Source of the DNA: Alphaproteobacteria bacterium
GTDB taxonomy: Bacteria; Pseudomonadota; Alphaproteobacteria; SP197
Direction: 5' to 3'
Assembly: GCA_964291415.2 (NCBI GenBank)
Contig: OZ219920.1
Coordinates: 960,001-1,024,000 of the forward strand
DNA length: 64,000 bases
A model generated the notes under the pieces. It saw only the letters and a program-made list of their open reading frames with translations, was not told the origin of the DNA and did no database searches. Numbering within the stretch: the stretch's first letter is position 1; each line of letters starts with the position of its first letter. Shown here in pieces: positions 10,483 to 20,522 of this stretch. The position numbers were made by a program, and so were the translations under genes.

Positions 10483-10888
10483 CTATGGCGTCCTTCTTGC
10501 TCCGAAGGCGCCGATGTAGCCGGTGGTGTCGAAGACGCCCCAGGCCTCCTCGTGCGCCGGCCCGTGGAAGGCTCCGGAGAGGTGGTCGGTCCCGGCGACG
10601 CCCGCGGCGAAGCGGCCGCCGGCAAGCGGCATGCCGGTCCAGTCGCCGATGGTGTGGCCGGCCACGTCGATGCCGACATCGACCCGCGGCTGCGAGAGAT
10701 CGGCGATGGTCACCGTCGCCGTGCCCATGAGCCGCTCGAAGGTCCCCGTCGGGCTCGCCTCGGCGATGCCTCGCCACGTCGCGCTCCCCGTGCCGGCGGG
10801 GTTCGTGCCCGTGTCATCGGGCGGCGAGGGCCAGGGCCGCGGCCACCACGGCCGCGGTCATCACTGTCCTGGAGTTCATCGCAAGCAT
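10483..10888 (-). pseudogene. Internally deleted surface (lipo)protein gene: signal peptide fused out of frame to a TbpB-like C-terminal beta-barrel fragment
   Basis: MLAMNSRTVMTAAVVAAALALAAR* is followed in another frame by TGTNPAGTGSATWRGIAEA...LSGAFHGPAHEEAWGVFDTTGYIGAFGARR, resembling the transferrin-binding-protein-like small barrel. Confidence 0.55.
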
Positions 10889-12959
10889 CCCTCTTGTCAC
10901 GTTGGATCCGCGCCGGCTCAGAAGCGCAGACGCACGTCAAGCCTGAGCAGGTGCTCGGTCCCGGCGCCCTCGCGGCGCTCGCCCGCAAACTCGACATGCA
11001 GGCGCTCCGCCTCGAAGCGCGTCCCCAGCCGCAGCCGCCGGCTGTCGCCGCCGGCCACGCCGGTCTCCGCAAACGGCGTCAGCAACCCGTAGGGCGTCAC
11101 GCCCAGGCCGTAGCCGATGCGCGCGTCCAGCGCCATGGCGCCACCCGACGCCTCGCCCACCGTCGGCAGCTCGGCGCCCCACAGCGCCTCGGCGGCGCCC
11201 GTGCCGGCGCCCCAGTGCGGGCTCAGCATCAGCGACAGGCCGCGGCCCTGCGCCCCGGGACCGACACGCGCCGTCACGCTCACGCCGCGCTCCTCGGCGC
11301 CCTCCTCGGAGTGCGCCGCCAGCCAGCGGCCCCGCGCCTCCACATGGAACCGCGGCGCCGTGTAGCGCACGCCGCCCACGGTCTCCAGGCCGCTCCCGGC
11401 CAGACCGTCGCCGCCGTCGCGCCGCGCCGCCGCCTCGACGAAGGGCACCAGCGCCGTGTCGCCGTCCAGCGCAATGCGCCGCGACGCCTCCAGGCCCGTG
11501 CGCAGGCGCCAGCTGTCCGCCGTCAGGCCGTCCACATAGTCCGGGCCGTCGTCGGTCTCCAGGCGCGCCAGGCTGGCGTCCGCCCGCACCGCAAGGTCGA
11601 TGCCGGCCAGGGCCGGAAGCGCATGGCGCAGTCCCGCCGAGCCCATCCACATCACAAGGTCGCTGGTCTCGGCCTCGCCGCCCTCCAGGCGGTGCCGCGC
11701 CTCGCCGCGGCCGGCGCCCAGGACGCCGTGCAGTTCCAGGTCCTCCGACAGCGTCCACCGCCCGTAGGGGTAGAGCGCCGTCAGATCGGTCTCCAGGCGG
11801 CCCTCGCCGGAGCCCGCCGCGCCGTCGAAGCGGTAGTCCGCCTCGCCCGTGCCGTGGCTCACCGCCAGACCCGCCACCCACGGTCCCGACCGGGCGTCGA
11901 TGCCCAGCCAGCCCGTGCGCAGCTCGCCCTCGTAGCGCATCCCTTCCGGGCGCCCCGCGAAGGTCCCCAGATCGCCGCGGCCCCACACCGCCCACAGCGG
12001 TGCATCCGAACCCTCGGCCTCACCCAGCGTCAGCGAGAACGCGCTCGCCTGCATGAGCTCCCCGGCCTCGACGCTCCGGCTGCGCACCGGGGCGCAGACC
12101 TCGCCGGCGTCCGTCTGCCCGAGGCGGCCCGGGACGTCGGGCACACACCTCCGCCCCACATCCGCAGGAGCCGCCCCGGACACCCCGAACGGCACCGTCT
12201 CGCCGGCCAGCGTCAGACCGCTCGCCGGCACCGAGGCCGCAAACCGCGCCGCGATGTTGTCGAGCGCGCTCGACAGAGCCCGCCGCGCCACCGCCGCCAG
12301 CGTGCGCCGCACCGAGCGCTTCACCAGCGCCGTGCGGGCGTCCGCCACCGTCACCTGGAACGTCAGGATCGCCGCATCCGTGTCCGCCCGGTTGGCGTCC
12401 GCATCGTCCGCCCGCCAGGTGAAGACCCACTCTCCCTGCGACTCCGGCGTCCCCGACAGCCTCCGCGTCGCCGCGTCGATGTCGAGACCCGCCAGGCCCG
12501 CGGGATCCGAGGTCAGGGCGTAGCTCAGCGCGCCGTTGCCCCCCGTCGCCGCCGGCAGCACCGCAGGCTCCATCGCCTCGCCAACCGTCAGCACCAGGGA
12601 TGCCATCGGCGCCCCGAAGACCGGCGCCGTGTCGCGCACCGTCACCGTCACCTCGTCGCTGCCGGCCAGACCCCCCGGGTCCGTCACCGTCAGGCGGAAC
12701 ACCATCGCGCCCGACTCCGCCGGCGCCGTGAACGTCGCCCGCGCCGTGGCCGCCCCCGAGAGCGTCACCGACGCCCCCGAGACCTGGGTCCACGCGATGG
12801 CTCAGCGCGTCCCCGTCCGGGTCCGTGCTCCCCGAGCCGTCCAGCGTCACCGACGCTCCCGGATCCACCGCCACGTCCGCGCCCGCAGACGCCACCGGCG
12901 TGCCCTCCGCCGGCTCTTCCCCGGGCGAGCGCGGGGTGGAGGCCGGAGGCGTCTCCGTG

Positions 12960-14545
12960 ACGTTCATGACCGGATGGTCCGTGAAGCTCACCGCCGGGCT
13001 CCCCGTGCGGTCGGCACGCCGGATCGGGTTCGCGCCCCTGGTGTAGCTCACCGTGACTCGTCTCGCCCGCGGAGACCGCCGGGGCCAGGGTCAGCACCAC
13101 CGTGCTGCCGCTCACGTCGACGCCGGAGACGGAGAGCGCGTTGCCCGCCGCCGTCACCGTGAAGTCGGCCGGGGCAGGCTCGGAAGCCTCGTCCAGCGCC
13201 TCGTCGAAGGTCAGCGTCAGCACCCGGCCGTCCACCAAAGCGGACGCGAGCGCGGGCGTCTCCGTGACGTTGGTGACCGCCCGGTTCGTGAAGCTCTCGG
13301 CCGGCTCCCCCGTGCCGTCGGCGCGCTGGATCGGCTTCGTCGCGTCCGCGATGTAGCTCACCGTGACCGTCTCGCCCTCGTTCGCCGGCGCGGCCAGGGT
13401 CAGCACCACCGTGCTGCCGCTCACGTCGACGCCGGTGACGGAGAGCGCATTGCCCGCCGCCGTCACCGTGAAGTCCCCGGTCGCCGGCACGGAGCCCTGG
13501 TTCAGCGGCTCGCCGTAGTCCAGGGTCAGCATCGTACGGTCCACCCACGCCGACTGGAGCACGGGCAGCACTTCGGCCGGCGGCGGTCCGTAGGTCACAG
13601 CCATGGCCTCGATGTCCGCCGCCACGTTGCCCGCAAGGTCCTGGATCGGGTGGTCGCCAGCCACGCCCGTGAAGGCGTCGTAGTCCAGGGTCACGTTCTG
13701 ACCCTTCGTCACCGCCTGGCCCAGGGTCAGGGTCATCGTCCGGCCGGCCACGGTGACGGCGGTCACCGTCGCCGGGATGGAGGTGGCCCCCTCGGGGGAG
13801 TTGACCTCCATGTCGACCTGGAATCGGCTCGCCGCCGGCGTGCGGGACGGAGCCAGCGTCTCGTCGTAGGTCAGGGTCAGCACGTGCCCCTGCACGGTGG
13901 CGGCAAGCAGCCCCGGCGCCGTGGTGTCGGACGACGTGCGGTTGTCGGCCGCGACCCCGGAGAAGCCCGCCGCCTCGTAGCGGTTCGCGTCGGTGTCCCG
14001 GATCGGGTTCGCGCCCCTCGTGTAGCTCACCGTGACACTCTGGCCCGCGGTGACCGCGGGGGCCGCCAGGGTCAGCACGACCGCGCTGTGGGTCACCTCG
14101 ACGCCGGTCACCGACCGGCCGCTCCCCGCCACCGTCACCGCGAAGTCCCCGGTCGCCGGGACGGAGCCCTGGTCCAGAGCCTCGTCGTAGAGCAGCGTCA
14201 GCGTCGTCTGGTGCACCACGGCGCTCTTCAGCGTCGGCAACTTCACCGCGATGTTCGTGACCATCTGTCCCGTGAAGCTCTCCGCCGGATCCCCCGCGCC
14301 GCCGGCGCGCCGGATCGGGTTCGTGCCCTTCGTGTAGCTCACCGTGACCGCCTCGCCCTCGCCGACCGCCGAGGCCAGGGTCAGCGCGACCGTGCGGCCG
14401 CTCACGTCGACGCCGGTGACCGACACCGCGTCGCCCGCCGCCGTCACCGCGAAGTCCCCGGTCGCCGGCACGGAGTTCTCGTCCAGCGGCTCGCCGTAGG
14501 TCAGGGTCAGCGTCAGGACGTCCACCGAAGCGGTCGCGAGTACCG
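12960..14545 (-). repeat. About five tandem ~100-codon SwmB-like intragenic repeats
   Basis: Near-identical DNA blocks, e.g. 13083-13166 vs 13392-13475 (84 bp, two differences seen, 309 bp apart), with a third copy from about 14373. Confidence 0.8.
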
Positions 14546-16853
14546 GGCCGCACGCATACGCCGTCGTGGCGACGATCTCCTTCGACACCGACGCCCCGTC
14601 GCTGTCGGTCGCCGTCACCGTGACCGTCGTCGTGAACGGGCTGTCCGGCCGTGGCGCCAGCGCGCACAGGTCGGCCGCGTCCTTGATCGTGAAGAACGCC
14701 CGATTCAGGTGGGCGGCGTAGCCCATGTCCTTGACCGCGTTGGCGGGCTCCGCCGTCACCGTGACGAGCAGCTGGTCGGCGGTGGGAGTGGGGTTGGGGT
14801 CAGTCTCGGTGGGAACGATGATCTCGAGGTCGCCGGCCGCGATGTTCGGGTCGGCGAAGACGATGTCCGCGGTCGTGAGAGCGTCCGGGGCCGCGTTCGG
14901 CGCCAGGTGCTCCTCGTCCGCCACGGTCGCGGTCGGCCGCCTGTTGGACGTGTTCACCGTCACCGGGAAGTCCCTGAAGAAGGCCGATGTCGGGGAGGCG
15001 CCCGGACGGTGGCTCACGGTGACCGTGTCGCCTCCCCACGCCGCCTCCGGCAGCGTGAGCGTCACCGGCGTGGTATGCACGTCGCCCGAAGCCGAGCCCG
15101 AGCCCACCGAGACCGCGCTCGGCGTCAGCGCCCGCCCGTTCACCGTGACCGTGAACTCGGAACGCTGACACGGACGGCGTGATGGGGGTGAAGCCTACGC
15201 TGTCATCCGCGGGCCTACCCCTGTAGGACAGCGTCAGCGTCGTCCCGTCCAGCACGGCGGACCCAAGCTGCGGGCATAGGGGAACGTCGGCGTTGCTGAA
15301 AAAGCTGGTCAGGAGAAACTTCCGCGTGATCGACGCCGTCGCGCCGTAGGGGTCGGTCGCCGTCAGCGTGGCGGTGACCGTAGGATCCGACCCGTTCCCG
15401 CGCGGCACGAGCAGCGGCTCGAGGTTCGCCAGCTCGCATTCGCCCTTGGACGATGTAGAAGAGTTTGTTTGATGTAGTGTTTTCATTGAACTCGCCGGGA
15501 ACGTGCGCGTCGTCGCGGCTCAGGCTCAGCGAGAACGTCAGCGCGTCGCCGTCGGGGTCGCTGAACCCCGAACGGTCGAGCGTCAATGAGACCAGGGTAT
15601 TTGACGGCGCGTTGATGATGTTGTCCGCCGGGTTGTCCGAGGTCGCGGTGAAGACGGGCGCGCGGTTGTTCGCCCTCACATCCACCGCTTCGTTGGCGAA
15701 GGAGACCGTCTCGTTGCCGGCGAGGTCGCGGATGGGCCCGTGGCCGAAGCCCCCCTGGCGCGCGCGCGACTTGTCATACCCCACCGTGACGGACGTGGCG
15801 TTGGACGGCACCGCCTTGGCCAGCGTCAGCGTGACGCTGCTGCCCGCACCACGGCGTTGTTGACCGTCCACAGGCGGCTGAACGACAGCCCGGGCTCCTT
15901 CACCCGAACCGAGAAGGCCGGGGCGCCCGGATCCGATCCCGGGTCCAGCGGCTCGTCGAAGTTCAGGCGAAGCCGCTTGGGCTTCGCCGTGACCAGGACG
16001 CGCGCTCGAAAGGGACGGAGGGTGGTCCACCTCATTTTCATGGCCGTGGACGGCCATCTTGATGTTGATGTCAACACCGTTGTTTGCCCAGTTTCCGCTG
16101 CTGCCCTTGTTGACGCCTCTGTCCGCAATGCTCCAGCCCGTCGCCCCGCCCGAATCCTCGCTGTCGGAGGCCGTGAACCGCACTTGAGGGCCTCTGTCCC
16201 CCGCGCTGGTCGTCTCCAGCACCACGAAGTACGTCGTGTCGGCGTCCAGGTCGATGCCGTCGCCGGAGGCCGTGAACGTGTTGACCTCATGGGTCAGCGT
16301 GGTCGGGTTCGTCAGCGTGCCCAGGCTGCTGTCAGGGAAGCCGTCCGCGCCCGCCGAGAAGATGCTCACGGAATAGTCCGGCTCCGTCGTGTTCGCTGGG
16401 GCGTCAACGTGCACATCAATGCGCGCGTCCTTCAGCTTGTAGCCGCCACCGTGGCTGCCGGTGGTGAACCCTTGGCCGTAGACGGTGTTTGGATCGAAAC
16501 CAATACGGTTACTCGGTCGACTGAGCGGTGTTGTCCACCAGCGTGACCGACGTCTGCGCCTCGGCCGCCCCGGCGGCGAACAGCAGGGAGAACGCCGCGG
16601 CGAAGGCGGCGGCGGGCGCGGGGCGGAACGGCCGGGGACGTGAAGCAGACCCGGAAGAGCCAGAGGGCGCGGGGCGGCTGAAGAGGCCGGACAGGCGAGA
16701 GAAAAGGGAGGAGAAAGTTCCCGCCGCGAGGCGGGACGGCAGGCTCAGCGCGCGGGCAGGGCCATTCGAGGTGCGGGCATGTCGCTCCCGCGAGCGGACG
16801 GCACGGCCCATGGCGTCAAGCCACGCACGGAACGGTAGAGACAGGGGGGCTCG

Positions 16854-16996
16854 GCTCGGCGCTCGGCGCTCGGCGCTCGGCGGCGCTCGGCGCTCGGCGC
16901 TCGGCGCTCGGCGCTCGGCGCTCGGCGCTCGGCGCTCGGCGCTCGGCGCTCGGCGCTCGGCGCTCGGCGCTCGGCGCTCGGCGCTCGGCGCTCGGC
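16854..16996. repeat. Tandem heptamer repeat (GCTCGGC)x20 with one 3-bp GGC interruption
   Basis: Read directly: 4 units at 16854-16881, GGC at 16882-16884, 16 units at 16885-16996. Encodes (SAERRAP)n on the minus strand. Confidence 0.97.
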
Positions 16997-17181
16997 ATCC
17001 ACTTTACCACAAAGACCGCTTTCGCGAACCGGATTTTCGACACGAATCGAAGTCACCGACCTATCTCCCTCTCGAACAGGCCTGCGCCGCCGGCCGCACC
17101 TCCAGGCCGCGGCGCGCAGGACCGAAACCAACCGTTTCGACTCCACTCTCAAGGGAATCCAAGGCCCGGAAAATCCTTCAC

Positions 17182-17553
17182 AATTGCAGGTATCAAGGGC
17201 CTGGAAACGGGGCGGGGAGGGCTCGCGTCAGCGCCAGGGCAGGGCGTCCACGACCAGGACCTGTCGCACCACGGCCACCTGTCGCGATGCGCCCGGCTTT
17301 CTGCAGACCTGCCGGAACAGCCAGCGCACGTCGTTCTCCCGAAGGCTGGCGGCGGCGGCGAGCGGCAGATCCTCCGCCGCGGCGATGCGTTCGAAGGCAC
17401 CGTCCCCGGGTTCACGCCGCGTCCTCCCACGGCGTGTCCGACGGATCTGGCGAAGGAGCCGGCCGGACAGGAACCGCTCCGGGCGCCGCCGGCGGGCAAG
17501 CGCAGGCCAGCCGGCATCGGCAGGAATGGCATCCCGTCAAAATTGCAGGTATC
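17182..17553. promoter_or_regulatory. Duplicated 13-bp motif AATTGCAGGTATC upstream of the adhesin
   Basis: Exact copies at 17182-17194 and 17541-17553, each preceded by ATCC..TCA. Function unknown. Confidence 0.35.
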
Positions 17554-17759
17554 GATCTGAGCGGCGCACAAGAAATCTGGCGCGAGAGGCGGCCGATTCA
17601 GGCCGGCCGCTCGATTGTCGGCCGGCTGCGCACCGCAAGACCGGCAACAGGGCGGCCTTGCAGTGCGCCGCGCTTCATGCGTGCGCAGCTACCGGCGATG
17701 TCCCCGTGTCGGACGGACGCCAACCCGCGCCGCATGCGGAGTCTCAACCTACGTGGATG

Positions 17760-18070
17760 TCATGGGGCCGGGTTCGAAAGCGGATGGCGTCGATGATCGC
17801 GGCCATCGGGGAAGGCCGCTGCGCACGGGACGTGCTCTGCGGGCTGGAAGTCTGCCAGGACGGGACCGCCGATGGTCGGGCGCCGGCGGACCCGCGCGAC
17901 CGCGACGGGGCGGCCGGCGCCATCCGGGAGCTGATCGGGCGCGTCGTCGTCACACCCGGCATGCCGCGCTTCACGGCGCCATCCTCGAACGGGCCGGAAG
18001 CGAGCCGCCGGTATCCCGCGGAACGGAATGTCGGTCTTGGCGGCAGCACGGGCGCGATGCCATCTGGTTT
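17760..18070 (+). pseudogene. Decayed C-terminal remnant of a large serine recombinase/resolvase
   Basis: RVRKRMASMIAAIGEG...LEVCQD...APADPRDRDGAAGAIRELIGRVVVTPG, then frameshifted GMSVLAAARARCHL, resembles recombinase tails recalled from alphaproteobacteria (ASMIAAIEDG / EAADAIRGLIERIVLTPG / MSVSVVAGARNH). Confidence 0.5.
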
Positions 18071-18245
18071 GGTCGGCCAGGAGACCGCGGATCACCTGTC
18101 GCGCGGCGTGTCCTGGCGACCACGCCACTGCGACGCGGGCAGGAAGGGCGGCGAACCGCGTCGACCGCAGGACACGCAAGGGCAGGGCCTTGGGCGATAT
18201 CGGGGTCCGGGTCGGGCGGCCCGGATCCCTGCCGGATGAGGTCGA

Positions 18246-19277
18246 TCAGACTGCGCGCGCGGCCTCGACGAGTCTCCGGAGCTTGGCGCGCGCCAGGTCC
18301 GAGCCCAGCATGATGAGGCCGCAGTCGGGCGCGGCCTTCAGGCGCTCGGCATCGATGTGGTCGAGCGCTTCCCTGAGGCGAAGGACGATCTCTTCAACTG
18401 TCTCGACGCGGCTCGAGGCAATCTCGACAACCCCGAGAAGGACCGTGGTGTCGGCGAAGGCCTCGAGCAGGCAGAGGTCGTTGTGCCTGTGCGCATCCTC
18501 GATCGAGACCGCATCGACGAGACTGGCGTTCACCGCGCCGGCCAGTCTGGAATAGACCTCCGGATCGGCCTTCACGTAGTCGGTCTCGTCGAGCCTGTCG
18601 GGATAGCCGCAACACATGTGCATCGTACGGGTGACGCCGTCGGGGACGCCGTGAAAGCAGCGCTCGAGATTCTCGACCCCGAATTCGAGGGCCTCGTCAG
18701 GCAGACGGGCAAAGAGCGGCTCGTCGACCTGAATGTGCCGGCATCCCGCCTCTGCCAGGCGACGAATCTCGACGTTGAGCGCATCGGCGAGGTCGGCGCA
18801 CCACGAACGGCGATCAGGATAGAAGAGGTTGGCGGTTGAGTCCGAGACCGTCAGCGGTCCGGGCACCGTCATCTTGACGGGCTTGGCGGTCGCACTCTGC
18901 GCGATCGTCCAGTCCCGCACCAGGAACGGAGCGCCCGCCCTGATTCGGTCTGTGAAGGTGGGCACCTCGGCCGTCCAGGCCCCGTTGCGCATGGTGCACT
19001 CGGTGAGCGTGTCAAGTTCGAAGCCGTCGAGGTGGGCGCAGTGATAGTGAACGTAGTTCGTCCGCCGGATTTCGCCGTCCGTCGGGATGTCGATGCCGAT
19101 CGAGTCCTGCTCGGCCACCACTTCGCGTGTGGCGCGATCGAGAATGGCCCGTCGCTCCCCGGGCGCGAGTTCCGCTGCGTCCGCCTCGCCGGTCTGCGCG
19201 TCATCGTGGAACCAGGCCATGTGCGGCACGTAGGCAGGCTTGGGATAGGCCCCGATGCAGGTGGTGGCGACAGGCAT
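18246..19277 (-). CDS. Cobalamin-independent methionine synthase II family protein (catalytic domain only)
   Basis: TTCIGAYPKP, PTDGEIRR, QVDEP; Zn ligands in HMCCGY...E and PDCGL; about half the length of MetE. Confidence 0.85.
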   Translation of the reverse strand: MPVATTCIGAYPKPAYVPHMAWFHDDAQTGEADAAELAPGERRAILDRATREVVAEQDSIGIDIPTDGEIRRTNYVHYHCAHLDGFELDTLTECTMRNGAWTAEVPTFTDRIRAGAPFLVRDWTIAQSATAKPVKMTVPGPLTVSDSTANLFYPDRRSWCADLADALNVEIRRLAEAGCRHIQVDEPLFARLPDEALEFGVENLERCFHGVPDGVTRTMHMCCGYPDRLDETDYVKADPEVYSRLAGAVNASLVDAVSIEDAHRHNDLCLLEAFADTTVLLGVVEIASSRVETVEEIVLRLREALDHIDAERLKAAPDCGLIMLGSDLARAKLRRLVEAARAV

Positions 19278-19396
19278 GAGTGGCTCCGGTGCTGTGGCCC
19301 CGTGAAAGGGTTGGGTTTCGAAACGGCAGCGTCAAGTGGCCGACAAGCGTCATGGGTCCATGTGCGTACTCATTGACGATGTGCTATGCACAAACA

Positions 19397-19423
19397 GGGC
19401 TCCCATTGTGAATGAAGGAGCCC
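19397..19423. promoter_or_regulatory. Inverted repeat in the divergent metE-like/dctP intergenic region
   Basis: GGGCTCC-CATT-gtg-AATG-aa-GGAGCCC; could be an operator or an RNA hairpin. Confidence 0.3.
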
Positions 19424-19472
19424 GAGGATCCAGGCGGTCGGCCGCCATCATGGGGATTGAGGGAGACAATCG

Positions 19473-20522
19473 ATGGGCGGGGCTCCCAGAACTCTTCTCC
19501 ATGCGTTGCTGGCCTCGCTTGTCGTGTCAACGTTGTGCAGCCTCCCGAACGGCGCAGGCGCGGAGCAGACCATCCTGCGGCTGCACACGTTCAACTCGCC
19601 CAAGTCGATCGCAGTCCGGTTGTTTCTCCAGCCATGGGCCGAGGAGATCGAGGAGAGATCCCAGGGCCGGGTCGCCGTTCAGGTGTTTCCTGCGATGCAG
19701 CTCGGAGGCAAGCCATCGGATCTCTACGGACAGGCACGCGACGGCGTGGTCGACATCGTCTGGACCTTGCCCGGCTACACGCCGGGGCGGTTTCCCCTGA
19801 CCGAGGTGTTCGAGCTTCCCTTCGTTTGCGCCGACGCCGAGGCGACCAGCCAGGCGTTGAACGAGTTCTACCAGGCGTGGTTGCGGGACGAGTACGAAGA
19901 CACCCATCCTTTGGTGTTTCATACCGCTGCGCCGGGCCATATCCACACCGCCGAACGACAGGTCCGCACGCTCGAAGACCTGGAAGGGCTGAAGATGCGC
20001 GCCCCTTCGCGGGCCAGCGCTGCGATGCTGGAAGCCCTTGGCGCGGTGCCGATCGGCATGCCGGTCCCGAAGGTGTATGAAGCGCTCGCACGGGGCGTGG
20101 TGGAAGGAGCCTGGATCCCCTGGACCATCATGCGGCCTTTCCGTCTGCACGAAGTGACGCGCCACCACACCGAGGTCTCCCTCTCCTGCGTCCTGTTCGT
20201 GATGACGATGAACAAGGCGCGTTACGACGGGTTGCCGCCAGACATCAGGCACATCATCGACGAAACGACGGGAACACAATTGGCGAAACGCCTCGGGCGC
20301 CTTTGGCAGGACGACGAGGAACCGGGTCGGGCGATCGCGCTGGAGCAGGGCCATGCGCTGTTCACGCTGACGGAAGCGGAACGCAAGCGCTGGAAGACGG
20401 CCACGCAGCCAGTCATCGACGATTGGATCGAGAAGGTCGACGCCATGGGCCATGACGGGGAGGCCATGCTTGCCGATGCAAGGCGCCTGGTCGCCGAGTA
20501 CGGCGATGACCTCCAGCAGTAA
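19473..20522 (+). CDS. TRAP transporter substrate-binding protein (DctP family)
   Basis: Signal peptide, GAGGGAG RBS, QLGGKPSDLYGQARDGVVDIVWTLPGYTPGRFP and DLEGLKMR motifs. Confidence 0.9.
   Translation: MGGAPRTLLHALLASLVVSTLCSLPNGAGAEQTILRLHTFNSPKSIAVRLFLQPWAEEIEERSQGRVAVQVFPAMQLGGKPSDLYGQARDGVVDIVWTLPGYTPGRFPLTEVFELPFVCADAEATSQALNEFYQAWLRDEYEDTHPLVFHTAAPGHIHTAERQVRTLEDLEGLKMRAPSRASAAMLEALGAVPIGMPVPKVYEALARGVVEGAWIPWTIMRPFRLHEVTRHHTEVSLSCVLFVMTMNKARYDGLPPDIRHIIDETTGTQLAKRLGRLWQDDEEPGRAIALEQGHALFTLTEAERKRWKTATQPVIDDWIEKVDAMGHDGEAMLADARRLVAEYGDDLQQ

Larger units (their letters stand above)
10918..17056 (-). pseudogene. Large autotransporter adhesin (signal peptide, N-terminal beta-sandwich, SwmB-like repeats, PKD/K319L-like and Ig domains, C-terminal autotransporter barrel), split by about 7 frameshifts and an out-of-frame 5' repeat
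   Basis: Consecutive ORF pieces in changing frames (16509-16811, 15215-16414, 15826-16290, 14800-15486, 12765-15143, 12020-13051, 10918-12768) join into one Thr/Val/Ala-rich protein. Features: AAEA-Q cleavage site, repeats LTLTYxExLDxxSVPATGDFxVT, PVASAGAD...LDGSGSTDPDGD, and a barrel ending VRLRF. Confidence 0.8.

Noticed and set aside
16854..16996. Tandem repeat as a CRISPR array
   Set aside because: 7-bp units with no spacers and no cas genes; it is a simple sequence repeat.
17527..17547. Sigma-54 promoter (TGGC...TTGCA)
   Set aside because: Spacing between GG and GC is too long for the -24/-12 consensus.
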